The notes: generated by a model from the sequence alone, not told the origin. A stretch of DNA of 60,187 nt from Pseudomonadota bacterium (GCA_041178425.1 JBEGVH010000023.1:1-60187); one strand, 5' to 3'. Positions 37,856 through 48,366 are shown, counted from the stretch's first letter. Numbers and translations are program-made.

Positions 37856-38974
37856 ATGGCTTCGAAGAGATATATTCACGAGTTACAGGGTTGGCCTCAA
37901 TTTGAATGGGATCAACAGAAAGTATCAACCAAACTAGCGGCCGTGCGCCATGCTCAGGGGCGTCTGATCGGTCGCATGGAGGGGCTTGGGTTTCTTTTAC
38001 AAGGCGAAGCAGTTCTCCATTCGATGACAGAAGAGATCGTGAAATCCAGTGAAATTGAGGGCGAAAATCTGAATCGGCACCAGGTGAGATCATCAATTGC
38101 TCGAAAACTTGGTATCGATGCGGGTGGGCTTGTCACAGTTCCGCGACCCATCGATGGTGTTGTTGAGATGATGATCGATGCGACACAAAAATTTTCAAAG
38201 CCTCTAACGCACGATAGGCTCTTTGGTTGGCACTCCGCACTCTTTCCTACAGGCCGAAGTGGAATGCTGAAAATTCGCGTGGGCAGTTGGCGCGACGATA
38301 AGAATGGACCCATGCAAGTTGTTTCTGGCGCAATCGGAAAAGAGAGAGTTCATTTTGTAGCTCCAGCGGCCAACAGGCTTGGCCAAGAGATGAAGAAGTT
38401 TTTAAAATGGTTCAATGGGCAAGAGGCGAATCTCGATTTGGTCTTGAGAGCGGCGATTGCCCACTTGTATTTTGTAACGATTCACCCATTTGAAGATGGA
38501 AATGGGAGAATCGCTCGAGCCATCACCGAAATGGCTTTGGCAAGATCTGAAAACACCCCCCTTCGATTCTACAGTCTGTCTTCCCAGATTATGGCTGAAC
38601 GGAATGCCTACTATAATGTTTTAGAGGCCACTCAAAGAGGTGAGCTTGAGATCACGGCCTGGATGCTTTGGTTCTTGGGGAGTCTTGATAGAGCCATACA
38701 TGGCGCCGAGACGATGCTTGCAGCTGTGCTTGCCAAAGCGAAATTTTGGGAAAAGCGTGGCAACGAAAAGTTCAACGATCGACAGAGGCAGATACTCAAT
38801 CAACTGCTCGATGGCTTTGAGGGAAAACTGACATCGTCGAAGTGGGCCAAGCTTGGAAAATGTTCGCAAGACACGGCTTCGAGGGATATTGATGATCTTA
38901 TCAAGCGTAAGATATTAAAAAAGAACCCCGAGGGTGGTCGAAGCACAAGTTATTCACTACAGCTTGAGGAGTGA
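37856..38974 (+). CDS. Fic family protein (DUF4172 N-terminus, C-terminal HTH)
   Basis: HPFEDGNGRIAR, SSEIEGE inhibitory-type motif, CSQDTASRDI. ATG 37856. Confidence 0.92.
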   Translation: MASKRYIHELQGWPQFEWDQQKVSTKLAAVRHAQGRLIGRMEGLGFLLQGEAVLHSMTEEIVKSSEIEGENLNRHQVRSSIARKLGIDAGGLVTVPRPIDGVVEMMIDATQKFSKPLTHDRLFGWHSALFPTGRSGMLKIRVGSWRDDKNGPMQVVSGAIGKERVHFVAPAANRLGQEMKKFLKWFNGQEANLDLVLRAAIAHLYFVTIHPFEDGNGRIARAITEMALARSENTPLRFYSLSSQIMAERNAYYNVLEATQRGELEITAWMLWFLGSLDRAIHGAETMLAAVLAKAKFWEKRGNEKFNDRQRQILNQLLDGFEGKLTSSKWAKLGKCSQDTASRDIDDLIKRKILKKNPEGGRSTSYSLQLEE

Positions 38975-39437
38975 GTCGGCCCAAAAGGTGTGGTCGAACT
39001 CCGTTTGAGGTTAAAAGAAAAAGACCGATACTTCTCTCATCGAGAAGAATCGCCGATAGCCTCATGCTCTTTGTATCTGCAACTGGAATGACGTACTGGC
39101 CTTCATCCAGAACAATCTCGCTTTCATTTCTTGCGAAAATTTCTAGAACGTTCGGATACACCTCAGCCACTGGCCTCGAGAAACGGTAATATCTTGGGGA
39201 TCCCTCGGTCGCTTCTTTCACTTTGTAACCACCGGTTTTTACATAAGTTGCTATTCTGGAGTTCAATTCATCAGAGGCATTCGTTAAAATGACGAGATCA
39301 ATGTCTTTGGTAGGTCTGAAGTCTAACTCTTGTTCCTCCATTAGAACGGAAGCAGCACTTCCGCCGATAATGGCGAATTGATCTTCGAGACCAGACATAA
39401 AACTGCAAAAATGATCAAAGCCATGAGGTTTTGCCAA
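38901..39437 (-). pseudogene. Nucleotidyltransferase (AbiEii-like toxin), probably C-terminally truncated near 39035
   Basis: IIGGSA...RPTKDIDL motif. Family-like sequence ends at LSAILLDE, then the frame runs into the Fic 3' end. Confidence 0.6.
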
Positions 39438-40463
39438 TTACATGCCCTCCATTTTAATGTCGTGTTCATTAAGCATTTCCTGTAATGAAATTTGCACTCG
39501 ATCGTCCAAATCATTTCTTAATGAAAAGTAAAGTTCTATTGGATTCAGGTTTTCCCTAATAGAAAAGAGTTTTGGGTCTTCTTTCCAGACCTCCATCTTT
39601 ACCTTTTGGTTCCCAACGTGAAGTTGATCCCTTTGTTTAAGCTTTTTGAAGACCTTACTCGTTACAGCTATCGTTTTCTTGTTCGGCGCGGCTAGGTTAG
39701 AAAAATTAGAAAGCGCAGATTCTCCAGCCAAGACATAATCATCCTGTGAAAGGGGTAGATTCTCAATTTCAACGATTCCAAATAGTTTCCCATGAGGGAT
39801 TTTAGCGACCCTTTCCCAGAGCTGTTGTTTGGAAGCAAATCGATATTCTTTGTTGGGCCCAAGGCCCTTAATGGTCAATAGGTCTGCATCGACCAGGCTT
39901 CTAATGGCTTCAGAAAATTTAGTCCGAGAGACACCGCAGCTATCTTTCAACTCATCGAACAGACTTCCCTGCGAAAAAGCCTCAGGAACCTGATCAGTAA
40001 GATAACCACCGATGATCTTCAACGCGAATCCCTTAAGTTCAAGTTGTGCATCCTTAAGCCCTAGCCGCTTGTTTATGGGCGCCGCCATCATTTTGCCAAT
40101 GTCACCCTTCAATCCGATCTCGGGAATGAAAATGGTTTTATCTCTGTAAATGAATGGAATCTTTTCTCTTACCAGCAATGGTCGGAATTTTGGATTAACG
40201 TCATCGGCATTGAGAACTGGGATCGCTCTTTCGCGAAGCCTACGAATAAGTCGCAGAGGATTCATGATTTGCTCAAAGGTAAGCTTTCGCTTTGGCGTAA
40301 GAAGGAGTAATTCATATTGCTCTGGGTCGCCCACACCAAATTGGCAGAGGGTAAAGGCTTGGGTAACATAGATCGGCACCCCTGGAAGCATAAGCCCCTT
40401 AAGTTGGATTTGTTGACCTAAGGCCCCTTTTAAAAACTCTAAAGCTTGGTTATGTTTTGTCAT
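39438..40463 (-). CDS. Winged-helix/AbiEi-like antitoxin-type protein
   Basis: Central wHTH-like segment, LAGESALSNFSNL, NPIELYFSL...DDRVQ. Abuts the NTase gene. Confidence 0.65.
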   Translation of the reverse strand: MTKHNQALEFLKGALGQQIQLKGLMLPGVPIYVTQAFTLCQFGVGDPEQYELLLLTPKRKLTFEQIMNPLRLIRRLRERAIPVLNADDVNPKFRPLLVREKIPFIYRDKTIFIPEIGLKGDIGKMMAAPINKRLGLKDAQLELKGFALKIIGGYLTDQVPEAFSQGSLFDELKDSCGVSRTKFSEAIRSLVDADLLTIKGLGPNKEYRFASKQQLWERVAKIPHGKLFGIVEIENLPLSQDDYVLAGESALSNFSNLAAPNKKTIAVTSKVFKKLKQRDQLHVGNQKVKMEVWKEDPKLFSIRENLNPIELYFSLRNDLDDRVQISLQEMLNEHDIKMEGM

Positions 40464-40617
40464 ACGATATAGTTGATATTAATCAATCATTTACATATTA
40501 TCAAATGATTTACAGATTTTCTAGTTTAATCATAGATATTACGTAAATAGTTGGATCTAATCACTTTATTGCAATAAAATCTCATATTAGTATTGCAGCC
40601 CAATCAAACAAAAACTC

Positions 40618-40646
40618 CCTCCATTTTTAGTAGAATGGGGGTCGTT
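40618..40646. repeat. Orphan copy of the array RBS/terminator hairpin
   Basis: cctccatttttagtagaatgggggtcgtt matches 36395-36423 at 28/29 nt. Confidence 0.85.
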
Positions 40647-40654
40647 GTTTCGGG

Positions 40655-41416
40655 TCAGAGCCGCACCCTCAACGCTTTGAAGGCGTACCACGCAAAACAG
40701 TAGAGCGACTTAGCGAGTGGCAACTTGAGAACATGGCGGTACAAGTGCCAACGATCAAGAGCGGAGCGCTTTTTGTCGCCAGAGCGTGACTGCGGAAGAA
40801 CCCGATACTGGGCAAGGTTCTCATCGAGCCCGTGCGCTACGGGAACTTCTTTGAGGAGATCCAGCCAAAGAATAAAGTCCTCATGAGGAATATCTTTTTT
40901 GAACGGATGGCGTTTAAGAAGGGCACTTTCAACCATAACAGTCAGGCAACCAATCACATTTTCTTTCAGAAGATCGTCGTAGCAAATCTGAGAAGGCACT
41001 CGCCGAATCACTTGGAGCTCTTGGCCCGCGGCCGACATTTGTTGGTAACTGTGGCAGGAAAAAGTGCTTTGGTTTATTTGCATAAACTGAAGTTGTTTTT
41101 TAAGTTTTTCTGGTCTCCACAAATCATCGGAGTCCAAGAAGGCCATGTAGGCGCCCGAAGCTTTTGCGATACCCTGATTGCGATTGTTGGCAACGCCCTG
41201 ATGCTCAGGAGATTCTAACACCTTAATGCGCTGATCGCGCGCAGCCCACTCGCGAGCGATGAGGAGGCTTCGGTCTGAGCTCTTCGCATCCATCATAAGG
41301 AGCAGTTCCCAATGCGAATATGTTTGGGCCAACACCGATTCAATCGTTGCACTGAGAAAGTCCTGCGCATTATAAACGGGAGTAATCACTGAAATAAGTG
41401 GTTGTTGTTCTGCCAT
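40655..41416 (-). CDS. GT2 glycosyltransferase (TuaG-like)
   Basis: ISVITPVYN, AFLDSDDLW, KLKKQ, IGCLTV, HEDFILW. Confidence 0.88.
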   Translation of the reverse strand: MAEQQPLISVITPVYNAQDFLSATIESVLAQTYSHWELLLMMDAKSSDRSLLIAREWAARDQRIKVLESPEHQGVANNRNQGIAKASGAYMAFLDSDDLWRPEKLKKQLQFMQINQSTFSCHSYQQMSAAGQELQVIRRVPSQICYDDLLKENVIGCLTVMVESALLKRHPFKKDIPHEDFILWLDLLKEVPVAHGLDENLAQYRVLPQSRSGDKKRSALDRWHLYRHVLKLPLAKSLYCFAWYAFKALRVRL

Positions 41417-41419
41417 GAA

Positions 41420-42364
41420 TTACCTCTCGCCGAGCCAGCCCTTTTTAACAATCCAAACAGCCACCGAACCTGCCACGACTGCCATCAATATCAGAGTGAG
41501 TGGGTAGCCGTAAGCGCTTTTAAGTTCGGGCATAAATTCAAAGTTCATTCCGTAAATGCCAGCGATCAGATTCAAAGGCAAAAAAATCACCGAGAACACC
41601 GTCAGGATGCGCATCACCTCATTGGTGCGGTGGCTTTGCAATGAAAGGTGAAGATTCATCAGCTGATGAGTTGTCTCTAAAAGATCTTCGCAGTAGAACA
41701 GCAAATCTTCGGTGGTATCGCGAATCTCTTGCATCCAAGGCGTTGCCTCCTGAGTGGCAAAGCTCACTTTGGTCCAGCCATCGCTAATCATTCTCACCAT
41801 GCGCTTGATGATAAACACGCGGGATTTCAAAAAATACGCAGAACGAATCAACTCCGTGCTCGAGGTTTGTTGGAGAAATACCTGGTTTTCCATTTTAGAA
41901 AGTTGTTCCAATCCCAGATCAAGGGGTGGATTGAACGTATTGAGTCCTCGCGAGATCAGTTCAAAAAACAACTGCTGCAATTGAAGGGGTCGCTTAAGCT
42001 CCACCGTGCTTCCCAGGGCGCCCTTGGCTCCAAGCGATTCAATAAGGCCATTAATAAAACTCAATTCAGTTCGATGAATACTAATGATGTGTTGGGGCCC
42101 CAAGAAAAGAGCTACCTTGCGTGTGAGCTCTTGCACGGTGTCGGATTCAAGACCTGAATGCTCATCAAAAACCCTAAGAATAAAAAACCAATGATTATCA
42201 ATACGCTCCACCTTGGGAAGGTGAGAGGGATCTAGGCAATCATCCACCGAACTTGGGTGCAAACCAAACTGCCTCGCAACCTCTGCGAGCTCCTCACGGG
42301 AGGGGTTGATGAGATCTATCCATATGAGGCCTTCAGAATCTTTAATTACCGATCGTGTCGACAT
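41420..42364 (-). CDS. corA: CorA-family Mg2+/Co2+ transporter
   Basis: WIDLINP, NEVMRILT, GIYGMNF, MPEL. Confidence 0.9.
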   Translation of the reverse strand: MSTRSVIKDSEGLIWIDLINPSREELAEVARQFGLHPSSVDDCLDPSHLPKVERIDNHWFFILRVFDEHSGLESDTVQELTRKVALFLGPQHIISIHRTELSFINGLIESLGAKGALGSTVELKRPLQLQQLFFELISRGLNTFNPPLDLGLEQLSKMENQVFLQQTSSTELIRSAYFLKSRVFIIKRMVRMISDGWTKVSFATQEATPWMQEIRDTTEDLLFYCEDLLETTHQLMNLHLSLQSHRTNEVMRILTVFSVIFLPLNLIAGIYGMNFEFMPELKSAYGYPLTLILMAVVAGSVAVWIVKKGWLGER

Positions 42365-42464
42365 AGGTCGAGGATTGCAGTCTTTGATCAGGAAGTAAAC
42401 CCAGTTCGCTCTAAAACCATAAATTTTATTTGTCTATTCGAGCGAGATCCCGTTACCTAGAATT

Positions 42465-43268
42465 ATGCAAGACATTCATTATCGACTCGCCATTCTAGCC
42501 AAAGCCGTCAATCATAAAAATCTCTCATCGGCAGCCGACCACGTTGGCCTGAGCCAACCCCAGCTCTCACGAGTGATCGGCAAGCTCGAAGAGGAAATGA
42601 AAGTTGTATTACTTGATCGTACGGTTCGCAGAAAATCGGGTTGGACCCCCGCGGCTATTCAATTGGCCGAGGTGTTTTTGCAAAATGAGCTTCAGCTGCA
42701 AAATTCTATTCAAAGAATCATGGGCAAGCAGGTGTTCGCCACGCTGAAGGTGGGTGTGCTCGAGGGTCTGGCTACTCTCGCCATGACCTATGTTCACTCA
42801 CTGTTTGATGAACTCGATCTAAAAGAAGTGCATCTTGATATTTTTGAGGTGAGCGAAATTGAATCGCGTTTTGAATCAGGCGAACTCGATTTGATGTTTT
42901 CTTTTAAAGCTCCTGGTCGCCAAAAATACCGCCATGTGCTCGAGGTGGGTTACCAATCCATGAAAGCGATCAACTGCGACAGCCCTTTTTTGGTGTATAG
43001 CCCCTACGAATATGCTCAACAGCGTTCCAAGGGAAAGAAAACATCGAAAAAAGTTTTTATTAGCAACTCGCTTTTTGTGAGAAAACGCTGGCTCGAAACC
43101 TATCAAGGAAGTGGCTCCTTGCCCTCGAAAATTCTCTTAAAGCCGAGTGAGGGCAAATTCCCTCTCTACGTGGTGGGCTCCGATCTATTAAGCCCACAGG
43201 TATGGGAAAAGGTGTTGGCCGTTCCGCGCTCCGAAGAAATGCTCAACGCGCACTTGTTCGAAGATTAA
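42465..43268 (+). CDS. LysR-family transcriptional regulator
   Basis: NLSSAADHVGLSQPQLSRVIGKLEEE HTH. Confidence 0.85.
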   Translation: MQDIHYRLAILAKAVNHKNLSSAADHVGLSQPQLSRVIGKLEEEMKVVLLDRTVRRKSGWTPAAIQLAEVFLQNELQLQNSIQRIMGKQVFATLKVGVLEGLATLAMTYVHSLFDELDLKEVHLDIFEVSEIESRFESGELDLMFSFKAPGRQKYRHVLEVGYQSMKAINCDSPFLVYSPYEYAQQRSKGKKTSKKVFISNSLFVRKRWLETYQGSGSLPSKILLKPSEGKFPLYVVGSDLLSPQVWEKVLAVPRSEEMLNAHLFED

Positions 43269-43289
43269 ATCTCAGTTAAATCTATTGGC

Positions 43290-44336
43290 ATGATGTATTT
43301 ACGCAGTTTTGGAAGTGATAATCATGCCACCGTTCACCCGCGCCTTTTGCAAGCGTTGAGCGAGGTCAATCAGAATCAAGTTCCCAGCTATGGAACCGAC
43401 CACTGGTCCGAGGAAGCCAATCGCGCCTTCAAAAAAGAATTCGGAGAGCAGGCCGAGAGTTTTTTGGTTTTCAATGGTACGGCCGCCAATGTTCTTTGTT
43501 TGCGTGCCATGGTCACCAATTATCAATCGGTGTTTTGCGCCGATATCAGCCATGTATTTCGAGACGAGTGCAGCGCCCCCGAGGTGATGGCTGGGGTTAA
43601 GCTCCTCCCAATTCCCTCAATCAATGGAAAACTCACCGTGCCCGAGCTTGAAAATGCGTGGATGCGCCGAGGGGATCAGCATTTTTCCCAAACCCAGGGA
43701 ATCACCCTCACTCAACCCACCGAGGTGGGAACGGTTTACTCGATGGCCGAACTCAAAGAGATTATCGATTGGGCTAAACAAAAAAAGTTGAAAGTGCATA
43801 TTGATGGCGCACGCCTAGCCAATGCCGCCGTGGCACTCAGTAAAACATTCAAAGAGTTCACCACCGATTTAGGGGTGGATCTCGTCTCCTTTGGTGGTTC
43901 TAAAAATGGGCTTATGCTGGGAGAGGCCGTGGTTTTTATAAATCCCGCTTTGGCCCATGACTTTCGTTACATTCGTAAGCAAAGCATGCAACTGCCATCA
44001 AAGTCTCGTTATTTAGCTGCGCAGTTTCTCGCTTATCTTCAAGGGGGCCTTTGGAAAGAAATTGCCGGCTCCGCCATGGCCCGCGCCCAAGAGTTAAAGG
44101 CCGCTGTTCAAGGAATTCCGGAGGTTGAGATTCAATACACCGCCGATTCCAACGCGGTCTTCGCCAAAATTCCACGGTCTTGGGTGAAACACTTGCGGGA
44201 AAAGTACTTCTTTTACGTTTGGGATGAAAAAACCGTGGTCTGTCGTTGGATGACGAGCTGGGACACCACCCCCGATGATGTAAGGGGCTTTGCCGCTGAG
44301 CTTCGGGCCCTCGGTGACGGAGAGCGCGCCCTCTAG
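43290..44336 (+). CDS. ltaE: Low-specificity L-threonine aldolase
   Basis: SFGSDN, NGTAAN, TQPTEVG, HIDGAR, SFGGSKNG. Confidence 0.88.
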   Translation: MMYLRSFGSDNHATVHPRLLQALSEVNQNQVPSYGTDHWSEEANRAFKKEFGEQAESFLVFNGTAANVLCLRAMVTNYQSVFCADISHVFRDECSAPEVMAGVKLLPIPSINGKLTVPELENAWMRRGDQHFSQTQGITLTQPTEVGTVYSMAELKEIIDWAKQKKLKVHIDGARLANAAVALSKTFKEFTTDLGVDLVSFGGSKNGLMLGEAVVFINPALAHDFRYIRKQSMQLPSKSRYLAAQFLAYLQGGLWKEIAGSAMARAQELKAAVQGIPEVEIQYTADSNAVFAKIPRSWVKHLREKYFFYVWDEKTVVCRWMTSWDTTPDDVRGFAAELRALGDGERAL

Positions 44337-44467
44337 GCCGCTCTCTTGAAAAATAGTCAAAGGGGGGGAGGGATGGGTGCGCTGCGCTCGCCTTAGAATC
44401 GCCCTGAGGGGAGGCTCGCGACTTAGCGGTTGTCTCCGAGACTAGATGCCTGTATTCCTTGCGCATT

Positions 44468-47041
44468 ATGCAAAAAGCCCCATCTGTTTCGTCTCATAAA
44501 AAAGTAGAGCTCTTATTACCTGTAGGAACCAAAGAAATGGCTTTGGCGGCCATTCACAATGGAGCCGATGCGATCTTCATGGGGGTTCCTGGTTTTAATG
44601 CTCGCGGCCGCAGTCACGATTTTCAAATCCATGAACTGCGCGAGATCATCGAACTCTGTCATCTCTTTGATGTGAAAGTAAACTTGGCGTTTAACATCGT
44701 GATTTTTCAAGAGGAGCTCTCGTCGGCCGTGGCAGTGCTTGAAAACATTTTGCCGCTCAAACCCGACGCCTTTATTGTTCAAGATTTAGGTCTCGCACGC
44801 CTCATTCGAACCATGGCTCCTCATCAACGCATTCATGCCTCCACTCAAATGACGGTGACGAACTACGAGGCTATCTCATTACTTGAAGATCTCGATATCA
44901 AACGTTTTGTGGTTGGTCGTGAAAACTCGATCGACGAAATTAAAAAGATCCGCGAAAACACCGATCGCGAAATCGAAACCTTTGTGCATGGTGCCCTTTG
45001 CGTGAGTTACTCAGGCCAGTGCTTTACCTCGGAGAGTATTGGCGGGCGTTCGGCGAATCGTGGCCAATGCGCGCAGAGCTGTCGTTTTTCCTACGAACTT
45101 CATGTGGATGGTGTGCAAAAAGACCTTGGAAACAAAAAGTATTTAGTGTCGCCACAAGATCTTTGCGGCATCGACGAAGTGCCCTCCTTGATCGAGGGGG
45201 GCGTGGATTGCTTTAAGGTGGAAGGGCGACTTAAAACGCCAGATTATGTCGCCACGGCGGCGCGCTCCTATCGCCAAGCCATCGATGAAGTCGAGCGTGG
45301 GTCATCGCTGAGCACTGAGCAATTAGCGGAGGCCAAAAAATCCATGGCCACCACCTACTCACGGGGCTTCTTTAGCGGTTGGCTCCGCGGTGTGAATCAT
45401 CAAAAATTAGTGCCAGCGCAATTCAGTGCTCATCGTGGGCACTTTATTGGAACCATCATCGATGTTTATCGGCACACCATGACGCTCGCGGTGAGCGATC
45501 CGCTCGCTTACGAAAAACTCGTTCCTGGAGATGGCCTTTTGTGGGCTAAGAGCGGCAATGAGCAAGGGAGTTTTATTTACGCGATTGATCGGCTGCCTAA
45601 GAACCGTTTGCGCATAGAATTTGCGCGCGACATGGTCATCCCCTCCCATTTTGATGGGGCGTTGGTGTACCAGAATCACGATAAAGAACTAAAAAAACAA
45701 ATCGGCCAATCCGTCGAAGACAAAACAAAAAAGAAACGCCTCGATCTTTCCGTCTCTGTTCGCTTGGTCGAGGGAGAGCCCCTCGTGGCCATAATTTCCG
45801 ATGGCACTTATTCCGTGGAGGGTAAAACGGCGGTGACGGCCGCCCCCGCTCAAAACCGTGGGGTGAGTGACGAGCTTCTTCAAGAAGAGTTCGGATCACT
45901 CACCGGATCTTTGTTTAAACTCAATGAGTTTAAAGTTGAACGCAGCGGTGAAGCAGCGCTTTTCTTGCCACACAAAGAAATCAAAAATCTTCGCCAATCG
46001 CTCGTCGCCGCTCTTACTGAGCGTCGCCAACAAGCGGTTCAGGCCCTCGACGAGGGCGGTCAGCGCCTTAGCCTCGAGGAGGTAGATTCTTGGATTCACT
46101 CCAACAAGGGCGCTGAATCGACTTCCAATCCTTCGAGTCCGCGCCTCAATATCATTTTAAGAGACAAAGGGCAGGTCGAAGATTTTGTGGAGGCCGCGCG
46201 CGCTCAACGCATTGATCTTTCGGTGATCGATACGGTCACTCTTGATTTTGAATTTGGCCGCCATTACCAAGCCAGCGTTGAGGCTCTTCGCGCTGTCGGT
46301 GTTAAGGTGGGTCTTGCCACCACCCGTATTCTGAAACCGAACGAGTATCGTAATCTCAAAGCGCTCGCAGAACTTAAGCCCGATAGCATTTTGGTGCGAA
46401 ATCTCGGGGCGCTTCAATACCTCACCACTCATTATCCCAAGGCGATCGACTACCGCGGTGATTTTAGCTTGAACGTCACTAATCATCTCACGGCAGCTTA
46501 TTTGCTTGGTAAGGGATTGTCGTCGCTTTGTTTGAGCTATGATCTTAATCATTCGCAGGTGAGTGCGGTTCTTGACAATGCGCGGGCCTCACAAATGGAA
46601 GTCACTGTTTATCAATACATGCCAAGCTTTCACATGGAGCATTGTGTGTTCGCAGGCTTCTTGAGTGAAGGCACGAGCTACAAAGATTGCGGTAAACCGT
46701 GTGAAAAGCACGAAGTACGAATGAAAGATCAATTTCAAAATTGGCACCAAATCAAAGCCGATCAAGAGTGTCGCAACACCATGTTTAACTCTCGCGCGAT
46801 CTCTGCGGGTCGATTTGTTGACGGTTGGTCGGAGCTGGGTTTGGGGTTCGTTCGTTACGAAGCTCTCAAAGAGCGTGGCGAAGAATTGATTCTTAAGTTA
46901 GTGGCTCACATTGACCTCCTTCAAAAGAAGGCTAGTTTTCAAGACCTCGTTGAGCAATTAGGAGCCACTGAGTCTTATGGACTTTCTGAAGGGCAGTTTG
47001 GTCGCGATCGCGAATATCAGAGCCGAAAGAAGCAGGTGTAG
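44468..47041 (+). CDS. U32 peptidase-family protein (RlhA-like with C-terminal extension)
   Basis: GADAIF, HASTQM, FVHGALCVSYSGQC, SANRGQCAQSCR, KVEGRLK, MEHCVF. Confidence 0.88.
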   Translation: MQKAPSVSSHKKVELLLPVGTKEMALAAIHNGADAIFMGVPGFNARGRSHDFQIHELREIIELCHLFDVKVNLAFNIVIFQEELSSAVAVLENILPLKPDAFIVQDLGLARLIRTMAPHQRIHASTQMTVTNYEAISLLEDLDIKRFVVGRENSIDEIKKIRENTDREIETFVHGALCVSYSGQCFTSESIGGRSANRGQCAQSCRFSYELHVDGVQKDLGNKKYLVSPQDLCGIDEVPSLIEGGVDCFKVEGRLKTPDYVATAARSYRQAIDEVERGSSLSTEQLAEAKKSMATTYSRGFFSGWLRGVNHQKLVPAQFSAHRGHFIGTIIDVYRHTMTLAVSDPLAYEKLVPGDGLLWAKSGNEQGSFIYAIDRLPKNRLRIEFARDMVIPSHFDGALVYQNHDKELKKQIGQSVEDKTKKKRLDLSVSVRLVEGEPLVAIISDGTYSVEGKTAVTAAPAQNRGVSDELLQEEFGSLTGSLFKLNEFKVERSGEAALFLPHKEIKNLRQSLVAALTERRQQAVQALDEGGQRLSLEEVDSWIHSNKGAESTSNPSSPRLNIILRDKGQVEDFVEAARAQRIDLSVIDTVTLDFEFGRHYQASVEALRAVGVKVGLATTRILKPNEYRNLKALAELKPDSILVRNLGALQYLTTHYPKAIDYRGDFSLNVTNHLTAAYLLGKGLSSLCLSYDLNHSQVSAVLDNARASQMEVTVYQYMPSFHMEHCVFAGFLSEGTSYKDCGKPCEKHEVRMKDQFQNWHQIKADQECRNTMFNSRAISAGRFVDGWSELGLGFVRYEALKERGEELILKLVAHIDLLQKKASFQDLVEQLGATESYGLSEGQFGRDREYQSRKKQV

Positions 47042-47042
47042 C

Positions 47043-48266
47043 ATGAGTGAAACTCAGAGCATGATTCAGTGCCCGGCCACAATCCCCACCATAACACTGG
47101 GTCGTGATTTAACCAAGCACCTCAAGCGCGGCCATCGCTGGGCCTTTGCAGGTGCCTTTGATAACAATGCCAAGATGAAATCGGGTCTGTGCTTTTTAAA
47201 GTACAGAGAGGAACTCCTCGGGCTTGGCATCTGTCAGGGCGATACCCAACTGCGTTTTCGCATGCTTTGCTTGGCTGATGAGTTAGCTTTTAAAAAAAAT
47301 AATCCCCAAAAAACTCTCGAACTGTGGGCTGAGATCCAATGGCAAAGAGCTTTGCGCCTGCGCGAGAATTTTGATCATCAACACACCAACTCCTTTCGCC
47401 TCATTAATGGTGAAGGCGATGGTTTTGCCGGATTGATTGTGGATATCTATGGGGATACGGCGGTTATCAAGCATGATCACCCATTGATGGAAACGATCTG
47501 GAACAAAAACGTGATTGCCCGAAAAATTATTCAGGCCTTTCCGCAAATTCAGTGTGTGTATTTAAAGCGCCGAAACGATGATGACGTGAAAGGTGAGAAT
47601 ATTGTGGGTGAACTCGCCGAAGAGACCATTTTTAAAGAGAATGGTCTTTTGTTTGCGTCGAACATTCGCGATGCTGCGAAGACAGGATTTTTTCTCGATC
47701 AGCGCGATAATCGGCTGTATTTGAAATCCTTTGCAAAAAATAAATCTGTGCTCAATCTTTTTAGTTACACGGGCGGATTCTCGCTCTTTACGGCGGCCGG
47801 CGGAGCGAGTTCTGTAACGAGCGTCGATATTGCCAAGGTCGCTATTGCAGCGGTTAACCGCAATTTTGAAATCAACCAACTCAAAACAAAAACTGAAAAC
47901 ATTGCTACCGATGCGTTTGCCTATGTTGAAGAGCAAATCCAAGCTAAAACTAAATTTGATTTAGTCATCACCGATCCGCCCAGCTTTGCTCCGAATGAAA
48001 AATCGGTGCCTCAAGCCACGGCGGCTTACACTAAAATTTTTGCCGATTCTTTAAAGCTCGTGCAAAACAATGGGCTCTTTGCGGCAAGCTCTTGCTCAAG
48101 TCATATTTCGACGGCCGCCTTTTTTGAGATCACCAAAGAGGCCTTCTCCAAGGCGCGCAGACGCGGCACGCTGGTTCACGTGGGAGCACAACCGAGCGAT
48201 CACCCTTTTCCTCTGGCTATGGAAGAACTGCGCTACCTTAAGTTTGCTTTGTTTCGGATAGATTAG
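47043..48266 (+). CDS. RlmI-like class I SAM rRNA methyltransferase
   Basis: GHRW, RLINGEGD, KTGFFLDQRDNR, LNLFSYTGGF, DPPSF, SSCS. Confidence 0.87.
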   Translation: MSETQSMIQCPATIPTITLGRDLTKHLKRGHRWAFAGAFDNNAKMKSGLCFLKYREELLGLGICQGDTQLRFRMLCLADELAFKKNNPQKTLELWAEIQWQRALRLRENFDHQHTNSFRLINGEGDGFAGLIVDIYGDTAVIKHDHPLMETIWNKNVIARKIIQAFPQIQCVYLKRRNDDDVKGENIVGELAEETIFKENGLLFASNIRDAAKTGFFLDQRDNRLYLKSFAKNKSVLNLFSYTGGFSLFTAAGGASSVTSVDIAKVAIAAVNRNFEINQLKTKTENIATDAFAYVEEQIQAKTKFDLVITDPPSFAPNEKSVPQATAAYTKIFADSLKLVQNNGLFAASSCSSHISTAAFFEITKEAFSKARRRGTLVHVGAQPSDHPFPLAMEELRYLKFALFRID

Positions 48267-48320
48267 GTATTGAAGGGAGTTTTGGGACCTTGGGCGAGCT
48301 TCAAGACTTCCTTTCGGAGG

Positions 48321-48366
48321 CATGAGTAGTTTAATATTGACTTTAAAGAACTCATGAGTAGTTTAA
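48321..48366 (+). promoter_or_regulatory. Sigma70-like promoter overlapped by a 14-bp direct repeat
   Basis: catgagtagtttaa at 48321 and 48353. TTGACT (48337)-N16-TAGTTT (48359) lies just before the start codon. Confidence 0.55.

Noticed and set aside
38975..39030. aaaagaaaaagacc resembling the L1 leader
   Set aside because: Short, low-complexity match with no following hairpin or ORF.
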